A DNA stretch of 64,000 nucleotides from the human T2T-CHM13v2.0 reference genome, Homo sapiens: NCBI RefSeq assembly GCF_009914755.1, contig NC_060927.1; one strand, given 5' to 3'. The position numbers and the translations under genes were made by a program. A model generated the notes under the pieces. That model ran no database searches, was not told the DNA's origin, and saw nothing but the letters and a program-made list of their open reading frames with translations. Below, piece by piece: positions 54,733 to 64,000 of this stretch. How positions within the stretch are numbered: the first letter of the stretch is position 1; every line of letters begins with the position of its first letter.

Positions 54733-57700
54733 ATTTTTTTTATTATTGTATTATTTTTTACTGGGGTACGGGTGGTATCTGGTCACATGAGTAAGTTCTG
54801 TAGTGGTGATTTTTGAGATTTTGGTGCACCCTTCACTCGAGCAGTATACACTGCACTGTTGTAGTCTTTTATCCCTCACCCCGCTCCCACTCTTTCCTCC
54901 AGGTCCCCAAAATCCATTGTATTATTCTTACACCTTTGCATCCTCATAGCTTAGCTCCCTCATATAAGTGAGAACATTCAATGTGTGGTTTTCCATTCCT
55001 GAGTTACTTCACTTAGAATAAGTCTCCAATCTCATCCAGGTCACTGCAAATGCTGTTAATTCATTCCTTTTTATGGCTGCATAATATTCCATTGTGTGTG
55101 TATGTGCGTACATATATGTGTGTGTGTGTATACACACACATATACACACACAATGAAATACTACGCAGCCATAAAAAGGAATTAACAGAAATTAATACAC
55201 ATATATATCTATATATATATATCCATATATATGTATCCATATATATATATCCATATATATATATCCATATATATATATCCATATATATATCCATATATAT
55301 ATCCATATATATATCCATATATATATATCCATATATATATCCATATATATATATCCATATATATATCCATATATATATCCATATATATATCCATATATAT
55401 ATATCCATATATATATCGATATATATATATCCATATATATATCCATATATATATATCCATATATATATCCATATATATATCCATATATATATATCCATAT
55501 ATATATCCATATATATATATCCATATATATATCCATATATATATATCCATATATATATCCATATATATATATCCATATATATATCCATATATATATATCC
55601 ATATATATATATCCATATATATATATCCATATATATATATATCCATATATATATATATCCATATATATATATATCACAGTTTCTTTATCCACTCATTGAT
55701 TGATGGACATTTGGGTTGGTCCCACGATTTTGCTATTGTGAATTGTGCCACTATAAACATGCTTGTGCAAGTATCTTTTTCAAATAATGACTGATTTTCC
55801 TCCAGGTAGATACCCAGTAGTGGGACTGCTGGACCAAATGGTAGTTCAGTTCTTTAGGCAATCTCCACAGTGTTTTCTACAGTGGCTTTACTAGTTTACA
55901 TTCCCAACAGCAGTGTAGAAGTGTTCCCTGTTCACTGCATCCATGCCAACATCTACTGTTTTTTGATTCTTTTGATTATGGCCATTCTTGCATGAGTAAG
56001 GTGGTATTACATTGTAGTTTTGATTTGCATTTCCCTGATCATTAGTGATATTTAGCATTTTTTCATATGTGTGTTGGTTTGTTGGCCATTTGTATATCTT
56101 CTACTGAGAATTGTCTATTCATGTCCTTTGCCCACTTTTTGATGGGATTGTATTTTTTCTTACTGATTTGTTTGAGTTCATTGTAGATTCTGGATATTAG
56201 CCTTTTGTCAGATGAATAGATTGTGAAGATTTTCTCCTACTCTGTGGGTTGTCTGTTTACTCTGCTGCCTGCTCCTTTTGCCGTGCAAAAGCTCTTTAGT
56301 TTAATTAGGTCCCAGCTATTTATCTTTGTTTTTATTGCATTTGTTTTTGGGTTCTTGGTCATGAAATCCTTGCCTAAGCCAATGTGTAGAAGGGTTTTTC
56401 CAATCTTATCCTCTAGAATTTCTATAGTTTCAGGTCTTAGGTTTGAGTCCTAAATCATCTAAATCCAGCTTGAGTTGATTTTTTTATACAGTGAGAGATG
56501 AATGTCCATTTTCATTCTCCTGCATGTGCCTAGCCAATTATCCCAGCACCATTTGTTGAAAAGGGTATCCTTTCCCCCACTTTTTGTTTTTGTTTGCTTT
56601 GTCAAAGTTCAGTTGGCTGTAAGTATTTGGGTTTATTTCCGGTTTCTCTATACTGTGTCATTGGTCTATGTGCCTATTTTTATCCCAGTACCATGCTGTT
56701 TTGGTGACTACGGCCTTATAGTATAGTTTGAAATCAGGTAGCGTGATGCTTCCAGATTTGTTCTTTTTGCTTAGTCTGCTTTGGCTATGTGAGCTCTTTT
56801 TTGGTTCCATATGAATTTTAGAATTGTTTTTTCTAATTCTGTGAAGAATGATGGTGGTATTTTGATGAGGATTGCATTGAATTTGTAGATTGCTTTTGGC
56901 AGTATGGTAATTTTCACAATATTGATTCTACCCATCCATGAACATGGGATGTGTTTCCATTTGTTTGTGTCATCTATCATTTCTTTCAGCAGTGTTTTGT
57001 GGTTTTCCTTGTAGAGGACTTTCAATTCCTTGGTTATGTATATCCCTAAGTATTTTATTTTATTTTTTGCAGCTATTGTAAAAGGGGTTGAGTTCTTGAT
57101 TTGATTTTCTGTTTGGTCGCTGTTGATGTATAAAAGAGCTACTGATTTGTGTACTTTAATCTTGTATCTGGAAACTTTGCTGAATTCTTTTATCAGTTTT
57201 AGGAGCTTTCTGGAGGAGTCCTTAGGGTTTTCAAGGTAAACAATCATATCATCAGCAAATAGTGACAGTATGACTTCCTCTTTACAGCTTTGAATGCCCT
57301 TTATTTCTTTCTCTTGTCTGATTGCTCTGGCTAGGACTTGCAGTACTATGTTGAAGAGGAGTGGTGAGAGTGGGCATCCTTGTCTTATTCCAGTTCTCAG
57401 AGGGAACGCTTTTAACTTTTCCAAATTCAGTATTATGTTTGCTGTGGGTTTGTCATCAATGGCTTTTATTACATTAAGATATGTCCTTTGTATGCCAATT
57501 TTGCTAAGAGTTTTAATTATAAAGTGATGCTGGATTTTGTTGAATACTTTTTCTGCATCTATTGAGATGATTGTGTTATTTTTGTTTTTAATTCTGTTTA
57601 TGTGGTGTATCACATTTATTGACTTGCATGTGTTAAACCATCCCTGCATCCCTGGTATGAAACCCACTTGATCATGGTGGATTATCTTTTTGATAGGTTG

Positions 57701-60700
57701 TTGGATTCAGTTAGCTAGTATTTTGTTAAGGAGCATCAATGTTCATCAAGGGTATCAATCTGTAATTTTCTTTTTTGGTTATGCCCTTTCCTGGTTTGGG
57801 TATTAGGGTGATGCTGGCTTCATAAAATGAATTTGGGAGGGTTCCTTCTTTCTCTATCTTGTGGAAGAGTGTTAAAAGGATTGGTGCCAATTCTTCTTTG
57901 AATGTCTGGTAGAATTCTGCTGTGAATCCATCTGGTCCTGGACTTTTTTTTGTTTGTAATTTTTAAATTACCATTTCAATTTAAATGCTTGTTATTTGTC
58001 TGTTCAGGATATCGAATTCTTCCTGGTTTAAGCTAGGAGGGCTGTATTTTTCCAGGAATTTATCCATCTCTTCTAGGTTTTCTAGTTTATGGGCGTAAAG
58101 GTGTTCATAGTGGCCTTGAATGATCTTTTGTATTTCAGTGGTGTTAACTGTAATATTTCCTGTTTCATTTCTTAGTGAGGTTATTTGGATTTTCTCTCTT
58201 CTTTTCCTGGTTAATTTTGCTAATGGTCTATCAATTTTATTCATCTTTTCAAAGAACTAGTTTTTTGTTTCATTTATCTTTTGTATTTTTTGCTTTCACT
58301 TTCATTTAGTTCTGCTCTGATCTTGGTAATTTCCTTTATTCTGCTGGGTTTGGGGTTGGTTTGTTCTTGTTTCTCTAGTTCCTTGAGATGTGACCTCAGA
58401 ATGTCAGTTTGTGCTCTTTCAATCTTTTTTATATAGGTGCTTAGGGCTATGAACTTCACTCTTAGCACTGCCTTTGCTGTATCTCAGAGGTTTTGATAAG
58501 TTGTGTCATTATTGTCATTCAATTCAAATAATTTTTAAATTTCCATCTTGATTTCATTTTTGACCCAGTGCTCATTCAGGAGCAGGTTATTTAATTTTCA
58601 TGTATTTTCATGGTTCTGAAGGTTCCTTTTGGAGTTGATTTCCAGTTTTATTCCACTGTGATGACAGCGTGCTTGATATAATTTTAATTTTCTTAAATGT
58701 ATTGTGGCTCATTTTATGGCCTATCATATGATCTGTCTTGGAGAAAGTTCCATGCACTGTTGAATAGAATGTGTATTCTGCAGTTGTTGGATGAAATGTT
58801 CTGTATATATCTGTTAAGTACATTTATTCCAAGGTGTAGTTTAAATCCATTGTTTCTTTGTTGACTTTCCATTTTGTTGACCTGTCTAGTGCTGTCGGTG
58901 GAGTATTGAAGTCCCTCACTATTATTGTGTTGCTGTCTATCTCATTTATTGGGTCTATTGGTAATTGCTTTATAAAGTTGGGAGCTCCAGTGTTAGGTGC
59001 ATATATGTTTAAGATTGTGATATTTTCCTGTTGCACAAGGCCTTTTACCATTATATAATGTCCCTTTGTTTATTTTAACTGCTGTTTCTTTAGAATTTGT
59101 TTTGTCTGAAAAAAGAATGGCTACCCCCTGCTCACTTTTGGTGTCCATTTGCACAAAATGCCTTTTTCCAACCCTTTAAGTTTATTTGAGTCCTTATATG
59201 TTAGGTGAGTCTCCTGGAGGCAGCAGATAGTTGGTTGGTGAGTTCTTATTCATTCTGTAGTTCTGTATCTTTTAACTAGAGCATTTAGGCCATTTATATT
59301 CAACGGTAGTATTGAAATGTGAGGTACCATTGCTTTCATCATGCTTTTTGTTACTTGTATACTTTGTGGTTTTTGTTTGTTTTTTATTTTTGCTTTTAAC
59401 ACATATTTTTGTTTTACAAGTCCTGTGTGATTTATGCTTTAAAGAGGTTCTGTTTTGATTTGTTTCCAGGATTTTTTCAAGATTTAGAGCTCCTTTTAGC
59501 AGTTCTTGTAGTGGTGGTTTGGTAATGGTGAATTCTCTCAGCATTTGTTTGTCTGAAAATGACTGTATCTTTCCTTCATATATGATGCTTAGTTTTGCTG
59601 GATACAAAATTATTGACTGAAAATTGTTTTGTTTGAGGAAGCTGAAGATAGGGCCCCAATTCTTTCTAGCTTGTAGAGTTTCTGCTGAGAAATCTGCTGT
59701 TAATCTGATAGGTTTTCCTTTATAGGTTACCTGCTGCTTCTGTCTCACAGCTTTTGAGATTCTTTCCTTCATCTTGACTTTGGATAACCTGATGACAATG
59801 TGCCTAGGCGAAGATCTTTTTGCGATGAATTTCCAAGGGTTCTTTGTGCTTCTTGTATTTGGATGTCTAGGTCTCTAGCAAGGCCAGGGAAGTTTTCCTC
59901 AGTTATTCCCCTGAATATGTTTTCCAAGCTTTTAGAATTCTCTTCTTCCTCAGGAACACTGATAATTCTTAGGTTTGGTCATTTAACATAATCCCAGACT
60001 TCTTGGAGACTTTGTTCATATTTTCTTATTCTTTTTTCTTTGTCTTTATTGGATTGGGTTAATTCAAAGACCTTGTCTTTGAGCTGTGAATTTCTCTCTT
60101 CTGTTTGTTCAGTTCTATTGCTGAGACTTTCCAGAGCATTTTATATTTCTAAAAGTGTGCCCAAAGTTTCCTGAATTTTTGATTGTTTTTTCTTTAAGCT
60201 ACCTATTTCCTTGAATATTTCTCTGTTCACTTCTTGTATCATTTTTTTGGATTTCTTTGCATTGGGCTTTGCCTTTCTCTAGTCCTTCCCTGATTAGCTG
60301 AATAGCTAACCTCTTGAATTCTTTTTCAGGTAAACCAGGGATTTTTTCTTGGTTTGGATCCATTGCTGGTGAACTAGTGTGATTTTTGAGGGGTGTTGAA
60401 GAGGCTTGTTTTGTCATATTACCGGGGTTGGTTTTCTGGTTCCTTCTCATTTGGGTAGGCTCTGTCAGAGGGAAGATCTGGGGCTGAAGGCTGTTGTTCA
60501 GATTCTTTTGTCCTACAGGGTGTTCCCTTGACGTAGTACTCTCCCCCTTTCCTATGGATGTGGCTTCCTGTGAGCCAAACTGCAGTGATTGTTGTCTCTC
60601 TTCTGGGTCTAGCCACCCAGCGAGTCTACCTGGCTCTGGGCTGGTACTGGGAGGTGTCTGCACAGATTCCTGTGATGTGAACCATCTGTGGGTCTTTCAG

Positions 60701-60737
60701 CCACGGATACCAGTGCTTGTTCTAGTGGAGATGGCAC
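54733..60737 (-). mobile_element. Near full-length L1PB (L1PB1-like) LINE-1, antisense to SYNPR, disrupted
   Basis: L1PB-type 3' end at 54733. ORF2 fragments at 56771-57667 ([10 protein letters not shown]), 57981-58468 and 58608-59051 (endonuclease). ORF1 fragments at 59272-59772 and from the ATG at 60450 (MRRNQKTNPGNMTKQ). About 290 nt of 5'UTR retained. Confidence 0.95.
55198..55675 (+). repeat. CC(AT)n compound VNTR, ~480 bp, within the L1PB
   Basis: Units such as ccatatatatat and ccatatatatatat; source of the IYIYP-type spurious ORFs. Confidence 0.97.
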
Positions 60738-61355
60738 TAGTTTTTGAAGAGACTGTCCTTTCTCCAATGTATGTTTTTGGTACCTTGTCAACAATGAGTT
60801 GTCTGTAAATTCATGAATTTACTTCTGGGTTCTGTATTCTGTTCCATTGGTCTATGTGTCTGTTTTTATGACAATATCAGACTATTTTGGTTATTATAGC
60901 TTTGTATTATAATTTGAAGTCAGGTAATGTGATGTCTCTAGCTTTGTTTTTTTGCTTAGGATTGCTTTGGCTATTCTGTGTCTTCGGTAAAGTTGCAGGA
61001 CACAAAATCAACTTACAAAAGTCATTAGCATTTCTACATGCTAACAGCAAACAATCTGAAAAAGAAACCAAGAAAGTAATCCCATTCACAATAGCAACTA
61101 ATATTAATAAGATAAACTACCTAGGAATAAACTTAACTCACAAAGTTAAAGATATCTACAATGAAAACTGTAAGACATTGATGAAAGAAATTGAAGAGGA
61201 CACATAAGAAAATGGAAAAATAGTCCATGTTCATGCATTGAAAAAAAAATTGTTAAAATGCCCATACTGCCTAAAACAATCTACAGAGTCAATGCAATTC
61301 CTATCAAAATACCAATGACATTCCTCACAGAGACAGGAAAAATAATCCTAAAATT
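60738..61355 (-). mobile_element. Older L1M ORF2 fragment with 5' inversion (60738-60982 minus, 60983-61355 plus)
   Basis: Minus piece encodes ...[14 protein letters not shown]; plus piece encodes KVAGHKINLQKSLAFL...[20 protein letters not shown]. Confidence 0.88.
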
Positions 61356-61529
61356 TAAAAAGAAATTGTCTGAAAGATTATTTTTACCAATTAGAAAGTA
61401 CTATATCATGTTGTTGTATTGTTCTTTATTTAATCAGTCTCTAATTATGAAGAATGGAGGTTGCTTTTTCTTTTGCTGTCTTATAAATGAGGCTATAGTG
61501 AACATATTTAGATATGTATCTATTTTCTT

Positions 61530-61845
<316 letters not shown>

Positions 61846-63879
61846 TGATTATAATTTCTTAAAATGAAGTTGATGCATCAATGGGAAGTCAGCATAACGA
61901 GGCTTAGTCCTTTAAAAAGGTAAAATAGAAAGAACAGAATCATTTTATGGCCACCATATCTTTTGAAAACATTCCTATTCCTTCTGGTAGATACTTGCAG
62001 AACAAGCTGAAGAAAGCTATATTCAGTTTTTTAGTGGAACATTGTAAAGCCACACCTTGTAAAAAATTAAAAAGCCTGATATTGAGATCCAAGTACTTCT
62101 TCTGCAGTGTGCAACTAGACCAGGAAGGCAGGGACCAGTTCTAGTTCCCCCACTTATGTCCACAGAAATTAGAAAATTACCTGACATATAGCAATAAGTT
62201 TGAAAATATTTAATGAATGATTGTGTGAATGAATAAACTTTTATTAACTCATTGGGGTAATAGAACTCTCAGACCCTAACAGTTCGTTTGTACATTTCAG
62301 AAACTGTGATTCCTAATTTGTTTAGTGACTTTATTCATGGAAACGGCACCACTTTGAGGGGCAGATACAAATTTTAATCTTAGTTTTGTGATTTACTATG
62401 TGGCCTTCATGTTCTGAGTTATCTGTGAAATGAAGTTACACTACTCAGTTTTTCAGAAACACTGCCATCTCAAATAAATTATCATCGAAAACTTGTTCTC
62501 TTTCCTCTGCCTTTGATTATGTCAATCTATTAATTTTTGAAAGCCAGAAGCCTTAACAGTGCTAGAAAATATGTATTCCAGAAAAATCAAGGACAACAAG
62601 GAGCATTCATTTGAATAAGCATGCTAGACATGGATGTCATTCTTAACCTAGGGCAGCCTAAGTATTTAGACTACAATTTTAGTTTATACCCCCAAGATAT
62701 TTCTTTCAAATAAAGGGAGGACCTTACGTACTTTTAAACTTAGTTTTAGAAAATATCAATATTTTATTGTAGCATTTTCATTTTGCCAAAATATGACTTC
62801 AAGGGCCTTAGTCCATTTCTGACCTTTAACTACAATAGCACTTTTTATTTATCATCTTAGTATAAGAGTAAACATTTTTTATAGTAGAACATGTGGATAC
62901 TGGAGAAAAGTCCAAAGAAGAAAGTATGTTTTATTCTCTCTCTATTCTTGCTCTGTTGATAATTGTGAGGGTCAAATATTCCCATAAAAACTGATCTCTA
63001 TTTCTGGAATAGAATAATGTGATTACTGTTATTATGCGGGTTATGAAAGTCAAGTTATATGTGGGCACAGAAGAAAGAGCAATTAATTTTAAGCCCCTGA
63101 ATACAGAATACCATGTGTGTCAATATCCCCTGTAAATTGGCCAGTTCCTTAAAAATGGAGTCTGTACTTTATTCTCTCTATAGTCTGAATACCCAATTCA
63201 TTGCTTAGTACATAGCAGGTGCTTATTATTCAATATCACATAGAGACACAGATAATGCTCTCTGTTCCTCCTTTAGGGAGTAAAGTCTGAAATTATAACC
63301 TCATGTCTTTGCACAGAAGTTCTCTGTGTGTTTACAAACACCTCTCCACATGAGTAGCCAATATAAACACAAATAAAATTCCCCTTGAACAAAATCAGTT
63401 CAGGGCCTCTTTGCACCGTACATTATAAAGCTCCCAATGGGCCTTCTGAGGTTTCCCTTGAAGAGGTCAACTAAAAAGCAGCCATGTCAGTCTTGCTGGC
63501 AGGAAATTAGCAGTTCTCAGCTCTTACAAGTTTGAAATTGTAACTGTTCCTCTTGGGTGTTTACCACTCTTCTGTCACCAAGGGAGTCCACTGTTGTTAC
63601 CAGCCCAATTAGGTCTATTGCAACAGTAAGTGAGGAGAAACAGCCTCTTGAAATGTCCCTGCTTGGCCAGAATGTTAGGAAAAGCTTCCTGATGGAGGAA
63701 TAGGATGACACCCAACACTGATGGAGGGTGTGCAGCAATGTTCTGCATTAGTGCCTACAGGAATATAGAGTTTTCATTTGCAACTTTTGTGATGAGCATA
63801 CAGTTTGTAAAGCACAATGTAGATACTGGAGAAATAATGCATATAAACAGAGGAGGAAGACATACACATTTCAGTGCCA

Positions 63880-64000
63880 CATGTGGACTAGGTACTGTGC
63901 TAGGCACTTTACTTTCTCAAACTTATTAATCTCCCATAGATGTTCATGGAGTGGTGTTATTTCCACTTTACAGATCAGGAAACAAAGGCACAAAGGTGAA
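63880..64000 (-). mobile_element. MIR SINE (runs off window)
   Basis: aggtactgtgctaggcacttta...ctttacagatcaggaaacaaaggcaca. Confidence 0.8.

Noticed and set aside
55050-55794. Long ORFs (145-217 aa) rich in I/Y/H/P/M/D/W/G on both strands
   Set aside because: These are translations of the CC(AT)n VNTR, which lacks stop codons by composition.
54715-61385. Loose similarity aagaaaggttgatctgattttt (~54716) versus aagaaattgtctgaaagattattttt (~61360) as a TSD around the compound L1
   Set aside because: It needs several gaps in low-complexity sequence and cannot be distinguished from chance.

Overview
This is primate genomic DNA, human or great ape judging by the Alu, L1PA and THE1 content. It is not prokaryotic, and it contains no CRISPR array, operon, rRNA or tRNA. 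The only host gene is the 5' end of synaptoporin (SYNPR) on the + strand. It has a CpG-island promoter (~19.65-20.83 kb), coding exon 1 (20055-20072, MDPVSQ), a 125-nt intron and coding exon 2 (20198-20263, LASAGTFRVLKEPLAFLRALEL). The very long intron 2 then runs past the end of the window. The rest is intergenic or intronic sequence dense in transposon relics, and nearly all ORFs in the track are L1 fragments or noise. I find no evidence of a new multi-gene system. The most interesting observations are: (1) a compact regulatory arrangement at the SYNPR start, with an overlapping uORF whose stop codon lies inside a competing 5' splice site; (2) an unidentified polyadenylated ~505-bp insert inside an AluJ; (3) several readable repair or retrotransposition scars. 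Those scars are a double L1 3' end, a 190-bp Alu-associated duplication, a 40-bp templated insertion copied from 2.3 kb away, a fold-back hairpin next to a VNTR, and a twin-primed L1 missing its 3' half. Repeat subfamily names come from recalled consensus sequences and boundaries of old repeats are approximate. Many small MIR and L2 fragments are not listed individually.
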